Shown here: in pieces, positions 37,066 through 47,106 of the stretch | Layout of the letters: each line of letters opens with the position of its first letter | Position numbering within the stretch: the first letter of the stretch is position 1 | From: Nitrospirota bacterium | GTDB lineage: Bacteria; Nitrospirota; Thermodesulfovibrionia; Thermodesulfovibrionales; UBA9159 | Assembly (NCBI GenBank): GCA_021790195.1 | Contig: JAJYIF010000011.1 | Coordinates: 19,069 to 83,068 of the forward strand | Reading direction: 5' to 3' | DNA: 64,000 nucleotides | Notes under the pieces: model-generated | The model's database searches: none | Told to the model about the DNA's origin: nothing | Seen by the model: the letters and a program-made list of their open reading frames with translations, nothing else | Position numbers and translations under genes: made by a program

Positions 37066-37341
37066 AAATCGCTTCCTCCTTCCCGATCGAGAGCAATAGA
37101 AGCTTCAAGTGATCATGCGACAGAACTCTTCCCCGGGGTTCTAAGGCAGGCAAGACAGTCTTCCATGTTTCAGGAATAAGAGGAAACATTCAAATATATA
37201 TGACGTGTCCCCTAAAAATACCCATAGGGGGTGATTCAGAAATAAGCGATATAAATTATAGAATAGATCGTTAAGGGTCTTGATTTGACGAGCTATGGGC
37301 CGTTTGTTAGGCGCATATTACCTTAAATGCTGGAGGCGGGA

Positions 37342-38553
37342 ATGTACAGGTCTAATAATCTCTTAAGTCTTCTTTTAGGCTTTTTTGTTCTTGGATGTCT
37401 GGCTATGGTTATAGGATGCGGCGGAGGCAATAACGGTGGACAGTTTTCATCCGGCTGGAAAAGGTCCTTCGGAGGCCCCGGCGTAAATGTCGGAAACTCG
37501 ATTCAACAGACCACTGACGGGGGCTACATCATTACAGGGCAGACAAATTCAGCCGGCGCGGGACAATTTGATGTCTATCTGCTAAGGACCGACGCAGAAG
37601 GGAATGCACTCTGGTCTCAGACGTTTGGCGGTCCCGCAGACGAAAATGGGACCTCAGTCCGCCAGACAACGGACGGAGGATTTATAGTAGCAGGCAATAC
37701 CAATTCATTCGGCTCCGGAAAGTATGATGTTTATCTGGTAAAGACGGACTCACAGGGCAATGTTCTTTGGTCAAGAACGTTTGGAGGGACCGAGGATGAT
37801 ATTGCGTCTTCCGTGCGGCAGACCGCGGACGGGGGCTATGTCATTGTCGGGACTACCGGCGAAATATATTCTTCAAGAGTTCAGAGCAACGTTTATCTTA
37901 TTAAGACCGACGGTAATGGAAACGCCGTGTGGACAAAGACCTTTGGTCAGTCATCAATCAACAGCGGCAATGCAGTTCAACAGACAGTTGACGGCGGATT
38001 CATTGTGACCGGGACTACATTTGATTTTGTCAGTGGGCGCAATGCAGTTTATTCGGTCAAGACTGACCTTAACGGTGAAATGCAGTGGACAAAGACTTTT
38101 GAGGACAGCTCGCATCAGATGACGGGCATTTCCGTTCAGCAGACGAGCGACAGCGGCTATGTTGTCCTGGGAGAGCTTAATTCAGGCGCAGACGGTGGCG
38201 AAGCCATTGTTTCTCCGATTCTGATAAAAATGGATTCGGGCGGCAATGTCCTATGGACCAACACGCTTGAAGCGCCGGGTATGAGCGTGGCGGCATTTGA
38301 TAGCACATCAGATGGAGGATTCATCATTACAGGAACGTCAGGCAATATTCCGAACCAGTCAATTTATCTCGCGCGAACGGATTCCGTCGGGGATATGATT
38401 TGGCTGAAAACCCTTGCCGGAACAGGCGAATCGAGCGCATATGTCCAGCAGACCTCTGATGGGGGATATGTATTAGTGGGAGGGACGACCTCATACAGCG
38501 CGGGGATCGAGGGAGTCCTTGTCATAAAGACAGACAGTAACGGCGAGTTTTGA
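37342..38553 (+). CDS. Lipoprotein built from about 7 tandem ~50-aa repeats (beta-propeller-like)
   Basis: Lipobox LAMVIGCGGG. The repeat unit S(V/I)(R/Q)QT.DGG(F/Y)I(V/I).G.T.......DVYL(V/I)KTD..GN.LW..TFGG is seen 7 times. GGAGG precedes the ATG at 37342. Confidence 0.7.
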   Translation: MYRSNNLLSLLLGFFVLGCLAMVIGCGGGNNGGQFSSGWKRSFGGPGVNVGNSIQQTTDGGYIITGQTNSAGAGQFDVYLLRTDAEGNALWSQTFGGPADENGTSVRQTTDGGFIVAGNTNSFGSGKYDVYLVKTDSQGNVLWSRTFGGTEDDIASSVRQTADGGYVIVGTTGEIYSSRVQSNVYLIKTDGNGNAVWTKTFGQSSINSGNAVQQTVDGGFIVTGTTFDFVSGRNAVYSVKTDLNGEMQWTKTFEDSSHQMTGISVQQTSDSGYVVLGELNSGADGGEAIVSPILIKMDSGGNVLWTNTLEAPGMSVAAFDSTSDGGFIITGTSGNIPNQSIYLARTDSVGDMIWLKTLAGTGESSAYVQQTSDGGYVLVGGTTSYSAGIEGVLVIKTDSNGEF

Positions 38554-38871
38554 TTGCCCCCGTTCTTGTCTGCTCCCAGAGGACAAAGACATTAAATCTC
38601 TCTTTCGGAAAATCGATAGATTCTTGCAAATAACCGGACTTTCAGGAATGAAGGCGTGTAAAGAAGCTGAGCCTTCCTTCCTGAATATCTGACTGCCATG
38701 TTTTGTCATAAACCAAAGTTTCTCCCCGCGCTAAACACTACCCGACCGGATGTCGGACACGCACTTCATTTCCCCCAAAACAGGATAGAGACAACAGGTT
38801 CTTCCCTTCGGGATTCTTTAGGTATTCATCAAGTAGTGATCAAGCCCAAACAAGAGACTTATACGTCAATT

Positions 38872-39207
38872 CTATTGTGGAATCCTCTTGAGGGCTTCTT
38901 CCCTGACCCACAGAGGAACATCAGAATCAGGCAGCTTAATCTTGATCATTTTGTATTCAATGTCCCTTTCGATTGCCTGAACTTTAACGTCTCCCTGAAG
39001 CCTGACGATCACCTTATTTTCAATCATGGTGGCGAGACTTTGGGGGTCAGCTCTCTCGGCCTTGCTTAAATTGTCCTGAGTAGTCCCCGCAAGATGACCG
39101 CCATTGGTAAAATAATACTCATCAACCTGACATCCTGATGCACTCCCATGAATCCACAGGGTCAGGACAGCCAATGCCAAATAGAAAACTATTGTTGTGT
39201 TCCTCAT
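38872..39207 (-). CDS. Small lipoprotein, hypothetical
   Basis: I chose the start MRNTTIVFYLALAVLTLWIHGSASGCQ (a lipobox) with AGGAGGT upstream. The ORF-track start at 39462 adds an implausible extension. Confidence 0.6.
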   Translation of the reverse strand: MRNTTIVFYLALAVLTLWIHGSASGCQVDEYYFTNGGHLAGTTQDNLSKAERADPQSLATMIENKVIVRLQGDVKVQAIERDIEYKMIKIKLPDSDVPLWVREEALKRIPQ

Positions 39208-39519
39208 GATACCTCCTGCTTGAATGTCTGCCTTATAGAATAGTATACGAGAAGGAATGCAGTAAAATCTTCCGATAACTTCCCCTGCTACACGCGCAGT
39301 CCTATGGAATATTTTTTTAATGAATGTTGGCGGTGAAATTACATCGCGGTGTAAACTCCTGGTGCGCAAGGTCCGGCTATTATCTGAAGCACAACTTTTC
39401 TGAAATTCTTTCCCGCAGTCCTTTTGCACGAGTACTTCCACCAAAACAACATGCGCCCTCACATCGGCTTGACAATTGCTCAGCCCGGATTACAATGATT
39501 TTGACTGCGAGGGATTACG

Positions 39520-40563
39520 ATGAAACAGTATGTGGTTGAGAAACCCGGGATTCGTAAGTCAGTCGAAGAAGAACTTAAACGGAAAAAGGTCTGCGCTCCT
39601 GTAAAGCAGGAGAACTCCGCCAATTTCTCCGCGATCCATTCATTCGAGGAAATAGTCTGGGGACCTCCCCAGACTGTAATCCCTCCCAAGAAGTACTTTC
39701 TCCCGACCTCTGAAAACATACTTTCCTTCAGGAAGCGTGACGGCGGATTCGAGGTGGAGGCGCTGAATGCGGCAGAAGAGATCGTCCTCTTCGGCGTTCA
39801 TCCCTGCGACCTGAACGCGATCTATCTGACCGACCGGATTTTTGCAGAAAAAAACCAAGACGAGAATTATCTCGCAAAGAGGGAAAAGGCTGTCCTGATA
39901 GGGGTGGATTGCCTTACGCCCTGCTCGCCGGAGGCGGTCTGTCTGAGGATGGACGGGCTTAATCCAGGGGACAGGTTTGACTTGTTCCTGACTGACATTG
40001 GGGATGTCTATTTTGTCGAGGCCGCATCCCGGAAGGGAGAAGAATTCCTGAGAGGAGAGGGAAGGCCCGCCTCGGAGATTGACCATCGGAAGCTCTCCTC
40101 CGTGCGCAAGCAGAGGGATGAACTCTTCGATCAGGAAGAGAAGAAGCTCTTGCCCGACTACAATGACTTGCCGGGGTTGATGAAAAGAAATTACGTGCAT
40201 GCCGTATGGGAAGAGCACGGGGAAAAATGTTACGGCTGCGGGTCGTGTAATATGGTCTGTCCGACCTGCTATTGTTTCGATGTGGAAGACTACATGAGGG
40301 TCGATCTGGAAAATGGCTTTCGCAAGAGATTCTGGGACGGATGCATGCTTGAGGATTTTGCCAAAGTGGCTTCCGGTGAAAACTTCAGGGAAGAGAGGTT
40401 TGACCGTCTCAGGCACAGGACTAACCGGAAGCTGAATTATCTTTTCGATAAGTGGGGCCAATCTTTCTGTACCGGATGCGGTCGCTGCATCAAGGCCTGT
40501 CTCACCCATATTGTAAGTCCCCTCGAAATCGCAAACGAGATCTTCCAAAGGCAATCTGTATGA
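39520..40563 (+). CDS. Group 3b [NiFe]-hydrogenase (sulfhydrogenase-type) beta subunit, Fe-S protein (HydB/AsrA-like)
   Basis: CYGCGSCNMVCPTCYCFD and CTGCGRCIKAC motifs. 347 aa. First gene of a four-gene cluster joined by ATGA-type overlaps. Confidence 0.8.
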   Translation: MKQYVVEKPGIRKSVEEELKRKKVCAPVKQENSANFSAIHSFEEIVWGPPQTVIPPKKYFLPTSENILSFRKRDGGFEVEALNAAEEIVLFGVHPCDLNAIYLTDRIFAEKNQDENYLAKREKAVLIGVDCLTPCSPEAVCLRMDGLNPGDRFDLFLTDIGDVYFVEAASRKGEEFLRGEGRPASEIDHRKLSSVRKQRDELFDQEEKKLLPDYNDLPGLMKRNYVHAVWEEHGEKCYGCGSCNMVCPTCYCFDVEDYMRVDLENGFRKRFWDGCMLEDFAKVASGENFREERFDRLRHRTNRKLNYLFDKWGQSFCTGCGRCIKACLTHIVSPLEIANEIFQRQSV

Positions 40564-41381
40564 AAACACTTTTCACTCCCGAGCCGGCAAAAATCAGGAA
40601 GGCCGTTCCCCAGACGGAATTTGAAACCTTATTTGAGATGGAGCTTTCGGAGAGGAGCACGCTTGGGCACAAGCCGGGCCAGTTTGTTGAGGTCTCGGTC
40701 TTCGGCGTGGGTGAGGCGCCCATCTCGGTCTCTTCCGCTCCCGCTCCTTCGATGCCGACCTTTGAGCTGTGCGTCAGAAAGGTAGGCAACGTCACTAATG
40801 CGTTATTGAGTATGAAGAAAGGGGACCATGTCGGAATTCGCGGCCCCTTTGGTAACGGGTTTGATGTGAATCTCTTCAAGGGGAAGGACATCATCTTTGT
40901 TGCCGGAGGGATCGGCCTTGTGCCTTTGCGTTCATTCATTCGCGAAGTCCTGAACCACAGGGAGGATTACAACAGGGTCTTTATCTTATACGGCTGCAAG
41001 AGGCCTAAGGACATTCTGTTTGAAGACGAGCTCATGTCGTGGGGGAGTTTGGAGGGTATTGACCTTCAGACGACGGTTGATATCGCAGGCGACGACTGGA
41101 AGGGGAACGTGGGGGTCATAACCACCTTGATGCCCCGCCTGTCCCTCGATCCTCCAAAGACCGAAGCCGTGATCGTGGGTCCGCCGGTCATGTACCGTTT
41201 TGTCATCTCCGAATTGAAGAAGCGGCTGGTCTCTGAAAAAAACATATGGGTCTCGCTCGAGCGCAAGATGAAGTGCGGCGTCGGAAAGTGCGGACATTGT
41301 CAGATGAACGGCGTCTATGTTTGCAGTGACGGGCCGGTCTTCAACTACGCGGCGCTCAAAGAGATACCGGAGGCTATTTGA
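40560..41381 (+). CDS. Hydrogenase gamma subunit, FAD/NAD(P)-binding with C-terminal [2Fe-2S] (HydG/AsrB-like)
   Basis: PGQFVEV...GEAPISV, IFVAGGIGLVPL, and a C-terminal CGVGKCGHCQMNGVYVCSDGPVF. The ATG at 40560 overlaps the upstream stop. Confidence 0.85.
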   Translation: MKTLFTPEPAKIRKAVPQTEFETLFEMELSERSTLGHKPGQFVEVSVFGVGEAPISVSSAPAPSMPTFELCVRKVGNVTNALLSMKKGDHVGIRGPFGNGFDVNLFKGKDIIFVAGGIGLVPLRSFIREVLNHREDYNRVFILYGCKRPKDILFEDELMSWGSLEGIDLQTTVDIAGDDWKGNVGVITTLMPRLSLDPPKTEAVIVGPPVMYRFVISELKKRLVSEKNIWVSLERKMKCGVGKCGHCQMNGVYVCSDGPVFNYAALKEIPEAI

Positions 41382-42136
41382 TGGCGGACAGGCCGAAAGT
41401 CGGTTTCTTCAGTTTCACGGGCTGCGAGGGATGCCAGCTGGTGGTCCTCTCGATGGCGGACAGGCTGCTTGAGCTTCTTGGCGCTGTGGAGGTCGTCAAC
41501 TTTAGAGAGGCCTCGAGTTATAAGTGCGATGATTACGATATCGCGATTGTCGAGGGCGCGATTTCGAGGGTGCGTGAGATCACGGAACTGATCGAGATCA
41601 GAAAGCGCGCCGGGACTCTCATCGCGCTCGGCGCCTGCGCCCATGTTGGCGGCATAAACTGCATGAGGAATTTCGCCAATCAGTTCGAGATAAAGAAAGA
41701 GGTATACGGGGACAAGGCATCGAATTTCGATTCCTTTCTTGCGCAGCCGCTCGATGCTATCGTCAAGGTCGATCATTATGCGCGCGGCTGTCCGCCCAGC
41801 AGGGACGGTGAAGAGTTCCTGGAGATCGTGGTGGCGCTGATGCAGGGGAAGAGACCTTATATCCCTAACTATCCGGTCTGTGTTCACTGCAAGATGAAGG
41901 GGAACGTCTGCGTCTTTCACAAGGAGAGGCCGATTGCATGCCTGGGGCCGGTCACGCGCGCCGGCTGCATGGCCGCCTGTCCGAGCTTCGGCAACGCCTG
42001 TATAGGCTGCCGGGGACTGGCCGGCAAGCCGAATCTGAACGCCCACCAGCAAACCATGGAAGAGGCCGGTCTGACTCCCGAGGAGACGATGAAGTTCTAC
42101 CGGATGCTTAACGGGATGATGGAGGTCGGCAAATAG
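41378..42136 (+). CDS. [NiFe]-hydrogenase small (delta) subunit
   Basis: KVGFFSFTGCEGCQL..., ...ALGACA..GGI..., ...GCPP...CV.CK..GNVCV....PCLGPVTRAGC.A.CPS.G..CIGCRG. Confidence 0.9.
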   Translation: MMADRPKVGFFSFTGCEGCQLVVLSMADRLLELLGAVEVVNFREASSYKCDDYDIAIVEGAISRVREITELIEIRKRAGTLIALGACAHVGGINCMRNFANQFEIKKEVYGDKASNFDSFLAQPLDAIVKVDHYARGCPPSRDGEEFLEIVVALMQGKRPYIPNYPVCVHCKMKGNVCVFHKERPIACLGPVTRAGCMAACPSFGNACIGCRGLAGKPNLNAHQQTMEEAGLTPEETMKFYRMLNGMMEVGK

Positions 42137-43455
42137 TGGCCAGGGACATGCAGGTCAATGTTCATCATATCGCCCGCGTGGAAGGGCACGGCAACATCGT
42201 GATCGACGTTCAGGCCGGAGAACTGAAGAAGGTGGAGCTCGACATTGTGGAGTCCCCGCGCTTTTTCGAGGCAATGCTTGGCGGGCGAAGATATCCTGAG
42301 GCGCCCCAGATTACCTCCCGCATCTGCGGCATCTGCTCGGTCGGTCATGCGACGGCTTCTCTGAGGGCGCTTGAAGACGCCTTGGGGATCGAGCCTTCGA
42401 TGCAGACGCTACTGCTGAGAAAAGCGATACTCGAAGCCGAGACGCTTCAGTCTCACGTTTTGCACTACTATTTCCTCGTGGTCCCTGATTTTTTCAAGGT
42501 CCCGAGCGTGATCCCGCTGGCGTCAAGCCATCCGGATGTCGTCAAACGCGCCCTGAGGATGAAGAGACTTGCGGACGACATCATAGCGATGATAGGGGGC
42601 AGACATCCCCATCCGATATCCATGGCAATCGGCGGCTTCACTCATATGCCCGGGGAAGGAGAGGTCAGGGCGGCCATTTCCGATCTGAAAGAGGTCCTGG
42701 CGAAAGATGTCCCTCCTACAATAGAATTATTCGCTTCCCTCAGTTTTCCTGCGTTCGAGAGAAAGACAGATTACGTTTCCCTCACACACCCTGAAGAATA
42801 CGCCCTTTATGAAGGCGCAATTCATTCTTCGGAGACCGGCGAGACAAGACATCGCGATTATAAAAGCAAGGTGAAGGAAGAAGTGGTCCTCCACTCGACC
42901 GCCAAACATGCAAAAGGCCCTTTTAAGCCCTATATGGTTGGGGCGCTAGCAAGGTTTAACAACAATTCGGACAAGCTTATGCCAGGGGCAGAGGCAGCCG
43001 CGAAGAGGCTTGGACTTTTCGCTCAGAATTATAATCCGTATCTTATAACACTCGCTCAGGTAGTCGAATCGGTCCATAACATAGAAAGGATGATCTATCT
43101 CTTTGAAGAGATCCTCGACAGCGGTCTGAAAGAAGAGGACAAGGGGCAGATTGTCGCTGGCTGGTCAGGGAAAGTCGCGGAAGTAAAGAAATGCTGGGGG
43201 GTAGGAGCGGTCGAGGTGCCTCGCGGGACCCTCTTCCATGAGTATCGCATAGAGGGCGAACTCATTTCCGGCGCCAACTGCGTTATTCCGACCGCGCAGA
43301 ACCTCGCCAATATCGAGGAAGACATGAAAGAGCTTGTCCCTAAGGTCCTGGACAAACCGAAAGAAGAAATTACCCTCTTGCTGGAGATGCTGGTGCGTGC
43401 CTATGACCCGTGTATATCCTGCGCAGTCCATATGCTGAAGGTGGATTTTATATGA
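42136..43455 (+). CDS. [NiFe]-hydrogenase large (alpha) subunit
   Basis: The N-terminal RICGICSVGH and C-terminal DPCISCAVH Ni-binding motifs are both encoded as Cys. The alternative ATG start is at 42148. Confidence 0.9.
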   Translation: MARDMQVNVHHIARVEGHGNIVIDVQAGELKKVELDIVESPRFFEAMLGGRRYPEAPQITSRICGICSVGHATASLRALEDALGIEPSMQTLLLRKAILEAETLQSHVLHYYFLVVPDFFKVPSVIPLASSHPDVVKRALRMKRLADDIIAMIGGRHPHPISMAIGGFTHMPGEGEVRAAISDLKEVLAKDVPPTIELFASLSFPAFERKTDYVSLTHPEEYALYEGAIHSSETGETRHRDYKSKVKEEVVLHSTAKHAKGPFKPYMVGALARFNNNSDKLMPGAEAAAKRLGLFAQNYNPYLITLAQVVESVHNIERMIYLFEEILDSGLKEEDKGQIVAGWSGKVAEVKKCWGVGAVEVPRGTLFHEYRIEGELISGANCVIPTAQNLANIEEDMKELVPKVLDKPKEEITLLLEMLVRAYDPCISCAVHMLKVDFI

Positions 43456-43591
43456 GATCTACATCTCAACAGAGTCGCCATGAATACATTATTTTGGTCG
43501 CATAAGAGAGAATATGGACATGCCTCAAAACCTTTCAGCATATCCGCTCTTCTGCGTAATTAGTGTTTGCAAAAAAAGATCATAAAGGAGG

Positions 43592-44059
43592 TTGATCAAA
43601 ATGACTGTGACGCCTGAGATCCTGAAGGGTATGGACCTTTTTGAAGTGCTCGAAGCTGTCGAGCTTGCCGATATAGCTCCTCTCTGCGGCGTGGAGGAAT
43701 TCGCGAGCGGGCAATATGTTTATAGGGAGGGCGACAAGGCCGAAAAAATATACATGGTTCTGGAAGGGCGGGTGGCCGTAGAGATCGAGATCAGGCCCGG
43801 CAAGAAGGTCGTTATCTATACTGAGACCAAGGGGCACATGTTCGGCTATCCGTCTCTTGTCAGGCTCCAGACTTTTTTGACTTCGACGCGCTGCATAGAC
43901 AAGGTAAAGGTAGTTACAATAGATGCCGAAGAATTAGTGAGTAAGATATTCAAACCGGACTGCAGGCGCGGCTATCTTGTCATGAACAGGCTGGCCGAAA
44001 TAATCGCGGTAAAACTCAGGGAGACGAGGATGCAGCTTGTCTCTTTGGCCCACGGGTAA
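43592..44059 (+). CDS. Cyclic-nucleotide-binding domain protein (no HTH)
   Basis: ...FASGQYVYREGDKAEKIYMVLEGRVAVEI... has the typical cNMP-binding beta-roll. AAGGAGG SD. Confidence 0.8.
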   Translation: MIKMTVTPEILKGMDLFEVLEAVELADIAPLCGVEEFASGQYVYREGDKAEKIYMVLEGRVAVEIEIRPGKKVVIYTETKGHMFGYPSLVRLQTFLTSTRCIDKVKVVTIDAEELVSKIFKPDCRRGYLVMNRLAEIIAVKLRETRMQLVSLAHG

Positions 44060-44067
44060 GACAGGAC

Positions 44068-44385
44068 TCAAATCCTGTAGGGCCTGCAATTGGCCGCCCG
44101 GTCCGCCTCGCAGAAAGTCCCGCAGTCCCCTGACTTCTGATGGGGCAATTTATGAAAACATCTTGTTCCGGTGCAGACCACTGAATCTTCGCAGACGACC
44201 TCGTTTCCCTTCAGGTCCTTTTCGATCCAGACCTCTCCGGTCGTGTGTATCTCCATCTTCTCCTTCACGATTGTCCAGTAAGGCTGCGAGGGGGTAGGGT
44301 AGCCCACATAATCGGGCTCCCGGACCACCATGGTCTCGCCGTCCGGCTTCTTCAGCGCAACGAGCATCTCTTTCGGGTTTTCCAT
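44068..44385 (-). CDS. Hypothetical protein with Cys-rich C-terminus
   Basis: 105-aa ORF with AGGAAGGAG upstream of the ATG. No recognisable family. Confidence 0.5.
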   Translation of the reverse strand: MENPKEMLVALKKPDGETMVVREPDYVGYPTPSQPYWTIVKEKMEIHTTGEVWIEKDLKGNEVVCEDSVVCTGTRCFHKLPHQKSGDCGTFCEADRAANCRPYRI

Positions 44386-44444
44386 GTGATTTCTCCTTCC
44401 TCAGATATATATTACCTGATCAGCCAAGACGCCGCAAAAAAGTC

Positions 44445-45605
44445 TCACGTCTTATCCCTCCTGCTGCCTTCGTATAACTCATACTCCAAAAGACGGCATT
44501 CTATCGGCCCGTTAAAGAGCTGCACCCTTCGTTTAGCCCTCAGGCCGACTTTCTTCGACAAGTCAGGATTTCCTGTAAAGATGTAGCCGGTATACCCCCT
44601 GCATCTCTGTTTGAAGAAATCTCCGATCCCTTTGTAAACGCCTTCGAGTTCCCGGATCTTCCCCATCCTGTGCCCATATTCAGGGTTTGCGATGATTATC
44701 CCGCCCCCGTCAGGAACTGGGGTCTCGGCATAATCGCACACGCTGAATTCGATAAGATGTTCAACGCCGGCCGAAGACGCGTTCTTTCTCGCCGCCTCGA
44801 CCGCCTCTTCCCTGATATCAGTTGCGATTATCCCGTGGTCAAGGGTCTTTCTCGACGCTTTTTTCGCCTGAGCACGCAGGTCATCCCATAGCGGTTTCCT
44901 GAATCCTTTGATATGCATGAACCCGAAGTTGTCCCGTAGAAGGCCGGACGCCCTGTTCAGGCCCGCGAGGGCGGCCTCTATGGCAAGGGTGCCGCTGCCG
45001 CACATGGGGTTAACGAGATGCCCGTTGTCTTTCCATCCCGCCGCCTTAATAACCGCAGCTGCGAGGGTCTCCTGCATCGGAGCCGACAGGGGGACCTTCC
45101 TGTATCCGCGCCTTGAGAGGGGTTCGCCGGAAGTGTCAAAGTAAACAGAGCAGCCGTCGTTCTTCCAGTAGAGGTTCACCACTGTCCTGTTCTGATCAGG
45201 TCCCGAATCGGGGCGACGGCCGCGCTTTTCCTTTATCCGGTCAACTATAGCATCTTTGCATTTCAGGTTCGCGTAGCGCGAGTCGCTGATGCTTGGATTG
45301 TCCACGCTCGAGCTCACGCTGACATATCCGTCTTCAGCTATATAATCCTCCCACGGTATCTCAGACACTTCGCTGTACATGTCATCGGCGTTAGCCGCAG
45401 CGAATGATTTGACGAGAAAGAGGACGCGGTGTCCCGTGCGCAGGAGAAGGTTAAGGCGCATGGTGTCGTCGAGGGTCCCTTCCGTCGTCACGCCTGAGGC
45501 GGCCTCCGAGAGCACAGGAAATCCGAGATCGAGGAGCTCTTCTCTCAAAAACGGCGCTATCCCCTTTGCACACGTAACAAGGATGGGTCTCTTCCCGGGG
45601 TCCAT
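44445..45605 (-). CDS. THUMP-domain class I SAM-dependent RNA methyltransferase (RlmL N-terminal-half / COG0116 type)
   Basis: N-terminal THUMP-like region, then NPMCGSGTLAIEAAL (SAM-binding) and IIIANPEYGHRMG (NPPY-type) motifs. Confidence 0.85.
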   Translation of the reverse strand: MDPGKRPILVTCAKGIAPFLREELLDLGFPVLSEAASGVTTEGTLDDTMRLNLLLRTGHRVLFLVKSFAAANADDMYSEVSEIPWEDYIAEDGYVSVSSSVDNPSISDSRYANLKCKDAIVDRIKEKRGRRPDSGPDQNRTVVNLYWKNDGCSVYFDTSGEPLSRRGYRKVPLSAPMQETLAAAVIKAAGWKDNGHLVNPMCGSGTLAIEAALAGLNRASGLLRDNFGFMHIKGFRKPLWDDLRAQAKKASRKTLDHGIIATDIREEAVEAARKNASSAGVEHLIEFSVCDYAETPVPDGGGIIIANPEYGHRMGKIRELEGVYKGIGDFFKQRCRGYTGYIFTGNPDLSKKVGLRAKRRVQLFNGPIECRLLEYELYEGSRRDKT

Positions 45606-45799
45606 TATTTGCCGGAGATATCTTTCCTGGCCGTGCGCATGATGACAAAATCCTCCGGCCCCAGGTCCGGGTCCTTCTCAAGCTCCCCGACAAAGACCGA
45701 GATCGCTTTTTTCATAAAGGCAGAGAAATGGACGCCTTTAGGCAATGCGAGGATCCTCTGGCGTGTGTCCTCATCGATCGTAGCGCTGTACTTTGCCAT
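45605..45799 (-). CDS. Small hypothetical protein (possible ribbon-helix-helix)
   Basis: 64 aa with an AAGGAG SD. The stop overlaps the methyltransferase start by 1 nt. The RHH assignment is a guess. Confidence 0.5.
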   Translation of the reverse strand: MAKYSATIDEDTRQRILALPKGVHFSAFMKKAISVFVGELEKDPDLGPEDFVIMRTARKDISGK

Positions 45800-45939
45800 G
45801 TCCGCTCCTTATCAGAATGTGATGAATATATTCATTATACCGGAATCAAAAAAGCAGGGAATTACATGCGGCAAATATCGCTAGAAAATGAATCGGTCAC
45901 TCAATGCGATCACGAACGAAGAAGATCAAAGCGCGAGAC

Positions 45940-47049
45940 TCACTTTACGATGATGGTAGGCACAACGGACATGCCGATCCTGAGTACATGGCCGGGGTCC
46001 GTGTTCTTCTCAAGTACGATCTTCAGCGGGATCCTCTGAACCACCTTCACATAGTTGCCCGTGGCATTTTCCGGCGGGAACAATGAAAATACCGCTCCGG
46101 TCCCCGCCATAATGCTGTCGACTGTGCCCTTGAAGGTCTTGCCGGGATAAGTGTCCACTTTTATATCCACCTTCTGGCCGGGCCTGACTTTATCAAGCTG
46201 GGTCTCTTTATAATTAGCAGTTATATAGATGTCGCTGAGGGGGACGACCGACATCAACGGCTGACCGATCTGGACCTGATTGCCCGTCTCGACAGACTTT
46301 TTCGTGACGTAGCCGTCCACGGGTGCATAGATCTTCGTGTATCCGTAATTGAGGTCTGCCGTTTCCAGTACCGCCTCTTTTTGCTTGATTGTGGACAACT
46401 GGGTGGTCCTCGCCGCCTCGGCCTGTCTTATTACCGCTTTCTGGGCTTCCACTCCCGCCGTCGCGCTCCTCAACTCTTCCTGGGAAGCCTTGAGCTGGGC
46501 CGCGGAGACCTTACGGGCAGTCATGGTCTTTTCATATTTTTCTCTGGATATCGCATCTTTCTTGAAAAGGCCGTCCGCCCTCTTCGCGTCCGATTCGGCC
46601 TGTTCGAGACTGGCTTTCTGGAGCTCGATGACCGCCTTTGCAGAGTCGGCCCTCGCCTGCAGCTCGGACAACTGTCTCTTTGCAGTTTCAATCCTCGCAG
46701 CCATTTCGGCGAGCTTCGCCCTTTCCGCGTTCAGCGCTGAAGACGCCTCTTTTACCTTGGCTTCGTAATCGCGCACCTCCAACTCTACCAGAACGTCGCC
46801 CTGCTTGACGAACTGATTGTCGTTCACGAGGATCGTCTTGACCGTGCCGGAAACCTTTGACGCAATGACATGCACATAGCCCTCTATAAATGCATCGTCA
46901 GTCGTGATATGGGTGTTTTTGTACTGCATGTAAAAATACACGATCACTGCGCCTATCGCGGCAAGGACGGCGAAGACGACAGCGGCTGCGATCTTCCTCC
47001 TGTGGCTGTTGGACTGTTTCACTTCTTCAGGCTGCTTTATTTCGTCCAT
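45940..47049 (-). CDS. HlyD/EmrA-family membrane fusion protein
   Basis: N-terminal TM anchor, ...TDDAFIEGYVHVIASKVSGTV... lipoyl-like hairpin, a long coiled coil, then ...YTKIYAPVDGYV... and ...GMSVVPTI. Confidence 0.85.
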   Translation of the reverse strand: MDEIKQPEEVKQSNSHRRKIAAAVVFAVLAAIGAVIVYFYMQYKNTHITTDDAFIEGYVHVIASKVSGTVKTILVNDNQFVKQGDVLVELEVRDYEAKVKEASSALNAERAKLAEMAARIETAKRQLSELQARADSAKAVIELQKASLEQAESDAKRADGLFKKDAISREKYEKTMTARKVSAAQLKASQEELRSATAGVEAQKAVIRQAEAARTTQLSTIKQKEAVLETADLNYGYTKIYAPVDGYVTKKSVETGNQVQIGQPLMSVVPLSDIYITANYKETQLDKVRPGQKVDIKVDTYPGKTFKGTVDSIMAGTGAVFSLFPPENATGNYVKVVQRIPLKIVLEKNTDPGHVLRIGMSVVPTIIVK

Positions 47050-47106
47050 ATCATCCTCATTGTAACTCTCCCATTCCGCTCTTGGCTAAGAGGAGGTCGA
47101 GGTGCG

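Noticed and set aside
43400-43455. Possibility that the hydrogenase large subunit is a [NiFeSe] selenoprotein, given the rtcB TGA.
   Set aside because: The C-terminal motif reads DPCISCAVH with ordinary Cys codons, and the ORF is uninterrupted.
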